A stretch of DNA of 64,000 bases from Lytechinus pictus (Eukaryota): positions 13,084,001 to 13,148,000 of the forward strand of contig NC_087252.1 in NCBI RefSeq assembly GCF_037042905.1, in the 5' to 3' direction. Each line of letters starts with the position of its first letter. Positions within the stretch are counted from its first letter, which is position 1. Shown here one piece after another: positions 49,880 to 62,666 of the stretch. The position numbers and the translations under genes are program-made. Under the pieces are notes generated by a model. The model was not told the origin of the DNA, ran no database searches, and worked only from the letters and a program-made list of their open reading frames with translations.

Positions 49880-49900
49880 TAAATGACAGTTAGCCAAAGT

Positions 49901-50213
49901 GGCCCGTATTCTGAAGTCGGGTTTAACTTAAACTCAGGTTTGAAATTGTGGTTTAAGTATGGATAGCCAATTGTTACATAAATCACTAACAGTAGAGATA
50001 TCATATTTCAGCTCATTTGGCTCTCAAATCATTCATAATTGTCCAGGAAGTATAAATAGATGATTGTCTTCACCATCGATGAATCAGGAAAGAGCACAGT
50101 AAACATAAGAAACATACAACTTAATAAAATTGTTGACACATTTGGCTTCCCATAATTTTTAGACCATGGTTAGACCATGGTCTTAAAGTTAAACCCGACT
50201 TCAGAATACGGCC
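49901..50213. mobile_element. Harbinger-like MITE with TIR GGCC(C)GTATTCTGAAGTCGGGTTTAACTT
   Basis: Near-perfect TIRs. An inverted copy lies at 63692..64000. Confidence 0.88.
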
Positions 50214-50230
50214 AGTGAGTATTAGACCAG

Positions 50231-50376
50231 GGGCCCGTTGCAGAAAGCGTTGCATTTAAACGCAAGTCAAAAAAATCAATCGCAAGTCCCAAATGCGGGC
50301 TGTTCATTGGTTGAAAATCAAGTTGCAGATGATTTATAGAGTTGCGATTGATTGCAACTCTTTCTGCAACGGGCCC
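50231..50376. mobile_element. Harbinger-like MITE with TIR GGGCCCGTTGCAGAAAG
   Basis: Perfect inverted ends. Copies at 30651 and about 52857. Confidence 0.85.
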
Positions 50377-50517
50377 CAAGTGGGTTAAACCATGTGGTAC
50401 TAGATAGTCAGAAAAGTAGACTTACTACTTGCAGACCAAGTGAATACATGCCTTTAAGAATGGCAAGGACCGATGTGTGAGTGAAGATTGATATCAACCA
50501 AATAGTCAAAATCTCTC

Positions 50518-50900
50518 CAGGGGGGGGGGGGGGCAGTCATATATATTGCTGTACACATGCGTGACAAAAAAAAACGCTTTCAAAGGGTTGTTTTTCAGTT
50601 TTGGTCGTGGGCATGCAATGCAATCATTAAGGGTATCATAACTTAAAAACACTGATTTTCAGAAAAGGGTGGTTTTGAAAAACTGGTCAATGGTAAATCG
50701 GTCAAACATATATAGGGTTTTATTTTTTCCAAAGCTTTTTTTTAGGGGTCATATTCTGGCGACAACTTGTTTAGGGGCCAAATTGTGTAAATAAAACCAG
50801 CCAAAAACGTGTTTAGGGGGTTATTTTGCACACAGAGAAAAACTCGTTTAGGGGGCGTTTGGAAATAATGGTCATGCATGTGTACAGCAGTACATTTGAT
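50518..50900. mobile_element. Second copy of the poly-G ended element at 9469..9976
   Basis: Shared ggggtcatattctggcgacaactt and tttaggggccaaa segments. Confidence 0.75.
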
Positions 50901-52383
50901 TGGGTACTGGTTCGGCACTAGCTAAAGAGGATTCTGCCGTAATTTGGCAAAAGCCGGGAAGCAAGTTACAAAAGTATAATTTGTTGTAAATGAGCAATGT
51001 GTGTTTGTCATTTACATAGGCGTCGATGCAATTTAACAGCATATTTTCAATATTTTTCTGTAAAACCATCATTTCTGAACATATTTTGCCTGAACGTGCA
51101 GCGTACAAAGGGTGTTTCAGAAACAACAAAAACTCAAGTTTGACGGATGTGTCACTTGCTTCCTTTTGCCAAAGTTGGGCAGTATATGTAAAGGGAGAGT
51201 AGAGCAAGAGAGAGAGGGAGAGAAAGACAGGGGGAAGAGGATAAGAGAGAGAGGAAGAGGGGTGGGTAGAGACAGAACGAGATAGGGGGAGGATAGAGAC
51301 GAGTGTATGGGAGAGCAGGGAGGGGTTGCCGTAAGGCTTCTTCGTAAAATTTGTAAAATCAGAAAGGCATACATACATGTATTCTGTGTATTGCTTATTT
51401 TCACTTCAGTGATGAACACATTGTGGGCAGTATGCAAACAAGCCAGGAAGCTGATGCCATACACTCATGAATATATATATTGGATTTTGAAATGTGATTA
51501 TTTTTTTTTACAATCAAATACATGTATATTAAAGCTTGGCTCATATCCTGGAAAATGTAGAATAATTTGAATATATCATTGTCAATTAGGGAAGAACTTC
51601 TTAAACATCAAATCTTTATGAGCTGAATTGGAAAATCTGTCATTTCGTGTAATAAAATATAAGTAGTAAGTGCTGGACATATCAGCTTATCCCTAGCTGT
51701 TTATTCCATCTCAGGCTCCCGTTTCTCTCTCGTCAAATATCATATCACAACTCTTCCCGACCCTTCAACTGTTATCTTGGGTGGACTTTTTGCCTCGCCT
51801 CCCCATCTCACTTTTAAGATCTCTTTCTCCCCTTATTTCAGATCACATGTCATCCCCCTCATCTGCTCTCCTCCCCCTTCCCCATCTCATTCTGGATTTC
51901 TCTCTCCAGGGATGTACTCGAGGCCGGCCACGGCCCGAGTCACATGCATAAAGTCTACATGAGGTTTTCCCTTAGCAGCCTTGTGACTGGGAAGTACTCG
52001 ACTACATCAGTCTCTTTCAAATACTTGAAATTTATTCAGTCTTTTTCACAATTTATCCCCCGTTCTTCAACTTGTTTTCCTGGCTGCTCCCCCCCCCCCC
52101 CATATAAGATCTTATTCCTCCCCCCCTCTCAATGAAAGAGAAAAACAAGACAAAAATACACGAAACCCAGAGATGGATGCTTGAAAATGATATTCGAGTA
52201 TACGTAAAATAGCACATGGCATAACATAACACATATGAGATCTCATATCGTACATATACAGTATGCGTAACACTGGGAACGGGGAAGATATTTCATAATA
52301 ATGTGCTTAATTTCATGCATGACAACACCAGCTGCGACTGAATTTTCTATGAATTATACACCCTTATCAAACTCTGACAAATG

Positions 52384-52582
52384 CAGGCCTACCAACCTGT
52401 AAACATACAAAATAGGAGTGATTCATTTAATAAATAGGAGTCACAGCATATTTCCCATAGATGACTGAACATAATATCTGGACAAAAAAAGGAGTTTTCT
52501 TTCCCTACATGACATAATATATATAAAAAATTTCAAAAAAAGGAGTGTACCTCCTTTTAAAAAGGAGCAGTTGGTAGGCCTG
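52384..52582. mobile_element. MITE with TIR CAGGCCTACCAAC
   Basis: caggcctaccaac ... gttggtaggcctg, with CAAATG on both sides. Confidence 0.8.
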
Positions 52583-53619
52583 CAAATGATAAACTTTGCA
52601 TTCATGGGAGCGTTTAACGAAAGGATGGGTCAGATGATAGAGTATGTTTTATCCAACAGATACAATAGGATTAACTATGCTTCTCAGCTGATCAATATCA
52701 AAGGAATTTGACATATCTGACAACTTATCAGATGACCAATGCTCAACTCTCTCCTGATGCTTGATAAAACAAAAACTTCACTCTGAAATGATTGGATGCC
52801 AACTCAGCTGAAGGGAATTGAATCGTTGAGAATTGAAATAGAGCACCCTAAGAACAGGGGCCTGTTACACAAAAAAAGTTGCAATTAATTGCAACTTCAA
52901 AAATCAAACATAACTTAATTTTCAACCAATCACAGGCCGTATTTAGGAAAAGCGCATGATTTGTTGGAGTTGCATTTAAAGGAAGCCCTTTCTGGTCACT
53001 ATATATATGAAGTCACGCGTTGCTTACAAACAGGTGAAGCAGCTTTATGTTAAAATAATTGTTTATGGACTTATTACAATGTAAGGTCTAATATGTAAGC
53101 TAACTAGGAGGTGACAAGACATTTGCTCCTGCGACATTTGCTCCCGGGCGTAATATCTCAGAGGGCATAGGGTTAGACTGAGGATTGTAATATAGTTTTT
53201 GGTTCAGAATAATGTAAAGGATTAGGGTTTATATAGTTTTGCAGGTTGGGTTTTATGTTTGGTTTAACATGCAGATTTTCCATCGAAGCAATTGTCATTG
53301 GACAGAGGCCTGGGACAAATATCCTTCTTGCCATTCGATTATTTGCCAGGGTAAACAATCCAATAGTACGAAAAATTCAAGATTCCTGGATTATCAGAAA
53401 TCACAAAAAGTTGACGTATTAATACATGACCGACATGTACTTGTGGTCACACATAACGAGTGAACTGACTCAGTCTGTCCAGTGTCAAGGTACAGCGGCC
53501 ATGACATGAACATCAACACAGCTGAATGATGCATGGTCGCTGACACGGCACTCATTGATGTGCCTTGAAAGAGTTACAAACCGAGTCAAACATATCTCTG
53601 AGGTCCCAAAAGCTTTGAC

Positions 53620-54146
53620 TTAAAGGGATGCTCCAGGCTGAAAATATTCATATCTAAATAAATGGAGTAAAATTCACAAAGCAAAATGCTGAACATTTTA
53701 TCAAAATCTGATAACAGCTGATGATGTCACATCCTCACTTTCCTTTTTCTTATGTTATTACATGAAGTCATAATTGTTGCAATATTTAATACATGTGTAA
53801 ATGATATGTCTCCCTTATAATGAAATAAGTTGCAGCAATGAATATCTTATGCACTTTAATCACTTGTTATTCCAATATTTTTGCTTCTTGGAGGAAAATT
53901 TTTGAATAAACCTAATTTCATATAATGAAATACAAAAGAACCAGTGGGGATATGACATCATCACTTTGCCCATTGAATATTCATGAAGACATGCCCAGAA
54001 CTGTTTTCCGGGAATAATGCAAATCTTTAAATGCCATAACTTTGTTATTCCTTGTCCGATATTGATCAAATTTTCAGTGTTTTGTTTGTCTGATTTTTCT
54101 TTATCCGTTCAAATCATATTATTTTCAGCCAGGAGTACCCCTTTAA
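53620..54146. mobile_element. Kolobok/T2-like MITE family B
   Basis: TTAA-AGGG..CTCC.GGCTGAAAATA...TATTTTCAGCC.GGAG..CCCT-TTAA. Confidence 0.85.
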
Positions 54147-55037
54147 AAGAAAGTAAATTGTATTCTAATTACTTCATTTAAAATGTGAAAAATGCTGAAC
54201 GTTGCACTTACAAGGTAGGTATTAGCATCATCAAAAGAAATGCCTGCAGTGCTTAAATCACGACTGAGAAATCGACCTCGCTTTCCTTGTTCCCATAACG
54301 ATTTGTAAAAGCATGCATTACAACAGTTTTCTGAAATAACCCCAACCACTGAAACTATTTATTACACAACAAAATCTCAAATATTATGATTGCTTATATA
54401 CATGTACACCTATCCTTCACAACTGAAATAATTCATTCAATGATTGTATCGATGATGTATGCATGCAGTTTGTGTAAGTCACGACATCATTATCAGAAAT
54501 GCATCTTGAAATAATGCAAAAATACATGGGAACAAAAATTAAATATATACATTTGTACATTCTATAGGAATAAAATTAAGTGAGAATATTAATATACACA
54601 TAATTCACATACAGAGTACAAAATGAACATGAGAACAATCCTTTAACCAAGGTGCACTACACGAAAATAATGCTATATAAAAAGGCTTTGGCACTACAAT
54701 AATCCACATTTAACCTGAAATCAGGATCCATTTATTTGAAATAAAACTTTCACTAAACATCTAGTTATGTTTCTAAAGTAATGAAGTAATAATCCCACTC
54801 CTTATGAACCCTGAAAATTAAAAATCTTTAATACTGTTATTTGGCAGAGATGTGGATTTTTCCACAATCATGGCAAACATGAAATACAGACTTAATTTCT
54901 TTATTAATCAGGAGGGTATTGTGTTCAACTCTGCCCAGAAATCACACTTAATTAAAATTAAATGTTGCATTGTGTGTGGTATATAATGCTCAACACAATC
55001 GGTCGCTTCATGTCTACAGGACATGTGCTACCAAACA

Positions 55038-55294
55038 ATAATAATATGCAACATTTATATAGTGCTTTATAACAAATGTTTCTAAGCGCTGCATACTATT
55101 ACCCCTGCTTTAGCGCGGCTACCCTGATCAGACGCTCGAGCATACAAGGAATTCCTTCCATTTACTACACCTGGGTGGAGAGTGGCAAATGTAGATAAAT
55201 GCCTTGCTAAAGGATGCGAGTGCTGCAGTGGGATTTGAACCCCGGACCTTGTGGTTCAAAGTCCGTAGACATATCCACTGAGCCACAACACCTC
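55038..55294 (-). mobile_element. tRNA-derived SINE, full length
   Basis: Minus strand shows A box TGGCTCAGTGG, B box GGTTCAAATCC, core cactctccacccaggtgtagtaaatgg, and a (TAT)n tail. Confidence 0.85.
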
Positions 55295-55719
55295 TACGAC
55301 GAATATACCATTGATAAGATTGTGTGTGAAACAATGCTGTGCACATCAGCACTTACGCATGACTTTTAATAAACTTCATATCTCTTTGTGAAGCATGACT
55401 TTTGTGAAGAATGACTTAATAAACTTCATATCTCTTTGTGAAGCACCCCGCCCCCCTTCTTCATGACAAATGCTTCATTAAATGTGTTTAAATATGAAAA
55501 AATAGAATTCTTATCAGATAATCTTGATATGAATTTAATTTTAAAAAAAGTTTAACATTTACATATGTATAGTATGTAGCAATAAAATAAAATGTGGAAT
55601 ATAAACAGAATTTACATACATGTATATAGTTCAAAATGAAAAAAAAAAATTGAAAACGTCTTTCAAGAAATTTAAAGTTGAGTTCTTCCAAACCAAAAAA
55701 CTATGAACAAGTAAAAAAA

Positions 55720-56251
55720 AAATTATAAAGCATAATGGTAAAAATTTCATTAAACTCAGATATAAAATAAGGAAGTAATGACATTTGGTAGTTTGCATAT
55801 TTTCACAAAATAGTTTTTTCACAAAGGTGATATGCAAATGAGAGTTGATGAAATCACTTTTTCTTTTGTATTTTATCACATGACAAAGAGAATATTTGAT
55901 AAATATTTGAAAATTTGACAAGAGAGCTCTTCATCAAATAATAATAAGTAGCAACAATGATTATTTCATATGTTTAGGGAGAAATCAAACCTCATTTTAA
56001 CATCTTGAGGAAAAACTAAAGCAATTCATTTAATAGAATACAAAAGAAAAAGTGATTGGTTGATATCGTTTCCTTCATTTGCATACCGCCCAGGATGTTA
56101 CTACCAAGAATAATTGTGAAATTGCGCGGCATTTTAACATCTCATAACTTTTTTTATTTTACATTGAATTTTAGTTAAACTTTCAGTGTTATGCTTGCTT
56201 GAATTTTTTTTTTGTTCAAACATCTTCTTGCTGGGGTGGACTTGCCCTTAA
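55720..56251. mobile_element. Kolobok/T2-like MITE family A, degraded
   Basis: Ends ctggggtggacttgcccttaa and retains the internal atgcaaatgag / tcatttgcat arms. Left end approximate. Confidence 0.7.
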
Positions 56252-56916
56252 GAAAAAGATCCACATCTTTAAAAAACCTTTAGAACAGTGATGTTTGAAA
56301 ATGGTTGTAATAATTTTGAGTTTCAAGAAAAATAGATCATTTTGAAAAGAAATGTTTGCAAAATGTACATCAACCTTTAGGATACAGTTCGTTATTCGTT
56401 TTGCTGAAGGTTCGATATTCTAAAAGTTCACTTGTCTAAAGCTTCATTATTTTGAAGGTTTAATGTTCGTTATTCTGAAGGTTAATTGGTACAAAAATTA
56501 GAAAAGATTCATTATTCCCAAGGTTGGTAGTGGTTTTTGTAGTTGTAAACCTTATTTCATATTTGAATTATCAAGCCTTTGGAAAAACAAACCTTTTTTT
56601 CATTTTTGACTAATGAACATTTGGAATAACCAACCTTGTTTTATTGCTGAATCAACAAACAATTAGCATCACCAACCCCATTTTCTATTCAGATATACAA
56701 ACTTTTAGAATAATGAACTTGAACATCCCCATGCTTTTAGAAATTACCATAAAAACAGCACCTAACCCAAATATATCTATAGTGGGTACCTCAAATCAGC
56801 AATGGACTCCATTATTTTTTTTCTCTGGCTATTAAAGTCATATGGGATTAATGTTGGTATTAAAAAACACGACACGATGGCTGAACAGATTCCCATTCCT
56901 CACACAGGACACAAGC

Positions 56917-59900
56917 TCAAGATTTCTTGATAGAGAAGAAAATTGATTTCTTTGAAGTTTCAGGTTCAGCAACAATGTCCCTCTTTACCCCGACTGATTT
57001 GACAATCTTCATGACTTCCTTCATGGCTGTATGGTGGACTATATCTGTATGAAACAGGTCGTTCTCCACAACTCCCCGCTCACCAAGGGTGTTCACCAGG
57101 TCGATGGCATCTTCAAAGCTAACTCGCTTCTTTGGCTTACCAAATGGTGAATGACTCTCAGGGAATGTATTGGTGACAGGTTTCTTGCGTGGTGACAATC
57201 TCTTCTTGACAGGACTTGCCTCGGACAGTCTTGTGCTTTCAAAGCCTTTCTGTCTTTTCTTGGCTAATTCCTTTCCAACGTTCACCTTCAGAGGGCTCTG
57301 TTTCTTTCGCTTCTTGAGGATACCTTTGGTTGCTTTCCCCTGTATTTTGGATGCTCCAGATTCCTGTGCTGATAGGTACCTATCAAGCGACACTTGCTTA
57401 CGCACTCCAGACAGCTTTTGATTGACATTTTTTGTGCCTGCGTCAGTTGTCTGAAGGGCGTTTGTTTGAGATGTCTCTTTAAGAGGACTTTCAAACCTTG
57501 ATCTCTTCTGAGGACTGCCCCTCCTTTCTGGTATACTTTGTCCAGAGTCACCATCAGCGCCACTTGCCTCAGCACTTTTTGATTGTTGTATGTCCAATAT
57601 ATGATGTGGGTCGGTTGCAGAACCTTTGGATAATGTCTCATTGATAAGTTGCGTGTAACTTGCTTTTTTGTCTTGCAGCAGGGTGTTTGATGATTTGGGA
57701 GGTCTTCCTCTCTTTCGTTTCTCAAGCCCTTTTATTATTCCTATGTTGGCATCGGTTTGTTCTGGCTTACAAGAACTACTTTCTTGTGTTACAATTTCAG
57801 ATTTTATGGAAATATTGGCAGCCTTCTTTCCTGCTTTGTTAGTAGTGTCTTTGGCACCTCCTGCATAAGTAGACCCTGGTTTTGATCTCTTTAGATGGTC
57901 TCTTGTCCCTTGTTCACCTGCCTCTTGAAGATGACTTTGTGTTGTTTTAATCTGACCTTGATGATTTGGGGGCTGAAAAGGGGTCGGATTGCTGTTCCCC
58001 TCACCTGATTTAGGGGGAGCTGGAAGTATCTTTCGGCAATGACTCGCTTTATTTGGGTTCTCTAACTGCACTGTTCCCATGATTGTTTTGGAATCTCCTA
58101 CATTGTAAACACAGACCACCTTTCCTGATTGTGTCCAGAGTGGGTATGACAGCTCCTTGCTGGGATTTGATGTCATTTCCTTGGTGGGTCTGTGTACTTT
58201 TTTCATCATTAAACCTCCGACCACATCGCTTGCAAGACTGGCACTTGCCTGGTCAAGAATTGACCCTTGGCTAGATGTTCCTTTAGTCTCAATGGGGTTA
58301 ACACGTTTTGCACCTTCCAATGTGTGACTAGGAATTGCAGTTGATACATTATCACACTTCTGCTTGACCTCAACTGGTGCAGGAGCAGCAACTGTCTTTG
58401 GCGAACTGACTAGATAATTTTTACCTGGTGATTTGCGAGGCCTTCCCCTTTTCCGTTTCTCTACCTCTACACTTACATCAGCATCTTGGACACATGTTCC
58501 TGATTTCTCTTTACTCTCACCGTTCAAAGGGCTCCCTCTCAGTACTGTTAACCTATCCGACCCTCTTTTCTCAACGTCTACACTTTCAGCTTTTGATGAA
58601 CTGTCAAAGACACTGGATAATGAATCAGTCCTGAGCACCTTGGCTTCACTGTTTGTCCCTAGCTTTTGCTTTTCTCTGTTTTCCAAACATGGATTAGATT
58701 TATTTGACTGGTAAGGACTAAATTCTTTTGAAGGTTGTCCCGCATTACTGAACTCTTCACTCTCAGAACTAATCACAATGTCAGATTGTTCATTGAGTGC
58801 CTCGGTGCCTGTTGACTGAGAAGCATTAATCCAACCAAGCAGATCATCACGTGATTCCCTAGATTCCTCAGTTTTGATAGTCACCAATCTCACTCCTTTC
58901 CTTGTCTCTGCTTTCTTTGCCGATAAGGAAATTCCCAATCCTGTTTGTCCGATCTCATTTCCTGTATGCGATGGACGGACTGGAGTGTCTTGCAAATCCT
59001 TCATGGACGATAACAAATCCTTGCGGGGTCTACCTCTCTTTCTCTTCTCTATGTTAACTGTATCAGAATTGGTCTCAAATTGCTTGTGAATTGTCTCACT
59101 GTTCACTGGCAAGACTAGTCTCTCTGGCAAATTTCCAGCAGATGATAGCGGGTCTTTGCGAGGTCTCCCTCTCTTTTTCTTCTCTTCATTCTTTGTCCTA
59201 GACCCAGTTTCCAGTTGCATTGGGGTTTCCTCTCTGTTCACTGGCATGACTGGACTCTCTTGCAAATTTTCAAAAGAAGATAACAGCGAATATTTGCGAG
59301 GTCTTCCTCTCTTTCTCTTCTCTTTGGTATTAGTACCAGACTCACTTTCGAAGGCATATTTAGTTTGATTAATGTAAGGAGTCATGACTAGACTGGGACT
59401 GCTTTTCTCCTCTTCAGAAGTAGATTCTTGCATTTCACTGGCTGATCTTCCTCTCTTTCGCTTTTCTGTCGTCTCTGTCTGAGAACCGATTTCCCTCCAA
59501 CCAGTGTAAATATCATCCTCTACCAACAGTTGTGTGACTTGCCAATCAGAAGAGTTAGCCAGTGCTTTTGTGTGAGGTTGTACACCTTTTATTTTCCCTT
59601 TGCTTTCAGAATCAGAGTTTTCCCCCCACAGATAATTTCTATCCTTCTCTGTTGACTGGTTGAGTGCAATATCTGACATGGGTAATTTCTGTGGCCTTCC
59701 ACTCTTTCTTTTCCCTTCTCTTTCTGTGTCAGAGTCTACAGCCGATAGATTAACATCTTTTTCCTCGCCATTTTCTATGTCTAGTACACCACTTGGAACT
59801 CCTGTATCACTCTTACGAGGACGACCTCTTTTTCTCTTGGCTCCTGGACTCACTTTTGTATGATCTTCTTGCAACTTAGATGCCAAGGTTGACTTTTCAA

Positions 59901-62666
59901 TTACAGGTGGCCTAGGCTTTGGTGGACGTCCTCTCTTCCGTTTCTGCCCTGAATGCAAATCACTGCTGGTACCGCCTTGTCCAACATCAGCTGCAGTATT
60001 TACAGGTTTTCCTGGGACAGTCAATTTTGTTTCACTTTCAGAAGGACCTTTGTGCTTCATGTCACATAAAATGTCTGATGATGCATGCTGGGAAGTCTTC
60101 AAAAGTTTATTAGATTTCCAAGCCTTGTTCATAGGAATGTTTACATTTGGTGCTGCTTGAACATGCATATCTGGCTCTCCTTCCTCAAGATTTTCAACAC
60201 CCTTATCCTGCAAGGGATGAGATCTTGGTGTCGACTCCATTCTCCCATCAAACATGGACTTCTGAGAGCTGAGAAAATCAAGGAATGATTGTTCTTCCAC
60301 GTCTGATCCACCTTCAGCTTGTGCTCCTGCAAGACGAGTGTAAGTTCCAGATTTCTTGGAAATCATTGGTTGGTTCTGAGACGTTTCTTGTTTCACAGTC
60401 ACATCCTGCATCTTGGAGGAAATCTCTTGTGGCACTTCACCTTGATCTTGAGATTTTACAAAGTGATTGGCAATGACATGTACCTCACAAAGATTCTCGC
60501 TCTCTTTTGATGGTTTGTCCGAAGCTATTACATATTCTGTTTGAGACATGTCATCCTCACTAGGAGAATCCAAATCACTCCCTGGACCACTATCCTCTTG
60601 AACATTGTCCTCTGCTGACGGATCTAAAGGAGACACATCTGATTGTGCTTGGTCACCTGTATCCAAGGCAATGTTTGCATCTGCAGCATCAGTTCCTATC
60701 TGGACCAAGGGTGAGGGATCTGATCTCTGGATTCTCATGAAGGGAACTTCTGGCGATCGGATGGTGAGTATCCCTCCTGGAAGCAGGTACGAGGGGATCA
60801 CAATGTTGGAGTCCGGCCCAAGCTGGGAGACGTCAATGGTCAACAGCTGGTCATCCGACTTTTGATTGCTCACCATTCCTTTGCTGAAGGCTTTCGCAAG
60901 AGGAATGGTGTTCGGTGTTGAATGATCGGGTGACTCTTGAAAAGAGCGCGCGATTTCTGGATTCTCCTCGTCATGATCGAACTGGACAGGTTTAGACTTC
61001 TCTATTCCTGGAGCATCTGAACCCGCTGGAAGAATGGTATCATCATCCATCCTCCTTGAGGAGGATGCAACAGATTCTACTTGATGCTTGGGCACTCTTC
61101 CATTAACTTTTTCTTGAGAAGGATGTGATACTAGAGATTTGTTACTTACTAAAGATACTGCAGTCAATATGTCAAAATTTTCCTGACAATTTGATCTTAA
61201 TTCTCCCTGCCTGTTTTTATCAACAGCCACTGAAGACTGGTTGTTTCCAGCAGGTAATGGTGACACTGTTTCCCTTTTAACCTGAAGACTGGAGACTGGC
61301 TGAAGCAAATAATTTCTTTTAGTCCTCTGTGATGGTGAAGCCCCAAGTTTTGATGGTGTAAAATTTGTTGAGCCACCAACTTCTGTGGGTCCTGAACCAT
61401 TCAGGCCATGGGCTTCACCATCGAATAAACTTGTATCAAATTCATCATCTTCTGAATGGTTTGAATCATTGTCGGAACCTAAATCATCCATCAAAACTGA
61501 CTGACCAATGTGATCAATATCCTCTATTTGGTCAATGTCAGGTCCTTCAGTCACATTCTTGCTGCCATTCTCATTTCGATCCTCTTCAAGTTGTCCATCA
61601 CCTGATGGAGCACAAGAAAGCTCTGCACTTGTGGGGTTTATCTCAAAACCTCCATCAGCCTTGTTGGCTGTAGAGAGAATCTCATCTTGTTGTTCTATAG
61701 TCTGCACGAATTCACTATGCTCTTCTCTTCTTGTCTCATCCAAACTCTTGTCTGAATTCTCCTCCTGTATGGCAAGATCATACTTTGACACAAAGACATA
61801 CTGATCAGAGTCAATAGCTTGGTCACCGCCGAGACGATCATCAGAATCTGCATGAACCTCTTTCAGAGCTTGGAGATAGACCTCCTCCTTTTTGGCGAAA
61901 TCCTCTTCTGTAACAAAGGCATACTGATCTGCGTCGACTAGATCAGTCATCTCCTGGATGCCGTTGAGTTCTCCTGCACCTACACCTGCAGAGTTCTCTG
62001 CATCAGCCTCACCAGTGCCAGTCGTACCGGGCCTACCGCTTTTCCACTTCTCTTGTTTCCTTATTCTGTCCACATCCTCTCCATCATAGTCATCTCCAGA
62101 ACTATCCCCACTGTCTGAGGAATCGTTCTCAGACAGGTAGGTCCAGCGTTTGTTGCCATACCTCTCATCGTCTCTCGATTTAAACTCCAGCATCTCCACA
62201 GGTATACCTAGCGGATTCAAGATCCTTACTTCAGTTGATCTGTCCTTTCCGCCTCGCCATGAGGCCTTGTTCCTTTGACTGATATCATCCTGTTTACCAA
62301 CATGAGATGTGCGTTCTGTGCTACTTGTCGCTGGATCAGGTTCAATACCTGGCTCACTGGTTCCTGCTTCTGTTCTGCTAGTCCCAGGGTTTGAAAGGCC
62401 TGTGGCTTGATCAGTTGTAGGAACTGCCTCCTCGGTACCTGGTTCAACTCTACTTGGTCCTGGGTCTTTTGTTCCTCGCTGAGAGGAAGCCATGTTAGCA
62501 TAGACCAGGCTTAGGCTATCCTCATTGCTGTAGTCCGTACCACCTGTGAAAGCCTTATTGAAGAGATTGAAATACTGGGGGCGGAGGAAAGCAGCTTTGT
62601 CTCTGATCTCACTTTCTTTAAGAACCTCCAACATGTTTTCAAAGCAATCCAGAATGACTTGGGATT
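56917..62666 (-). CDS. 5.75-kb terminal coding exon of a large multi-AT-hook nuclear protein (unidentified); upstream exons lie beyond 62666
   Basis: Uninterrupted frame of about 1915 codons. The minus-strand acceptor tttctcccttctcctgttttag| puts the exon start at 62666 (phase 1), so the first ~34 aa of the listed ORF are intronic. It has seven K-[RK]-K-R-G-R-P-[RP]-K motifs, an acidic N-terminal part and a basic C-terminal part. Stop TGA at 56919..56917. Confidence 0.88.

Noticed and set aside
50872..51570. Overlapping 87-168 aa ORFs
   Set aside because: Driven by a GA-rich simple repeat and repeat-derived sequence, with no recognisable domain or splice context.
56917..62666. Naming the AT-hook protein (e.g. 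RIF1, Ki-67-like, HMGA, KMT2A)
   Set aside because: Only short motifs are shared. No diagnostic folded domain is visible in the window, so no symbol was assigned.
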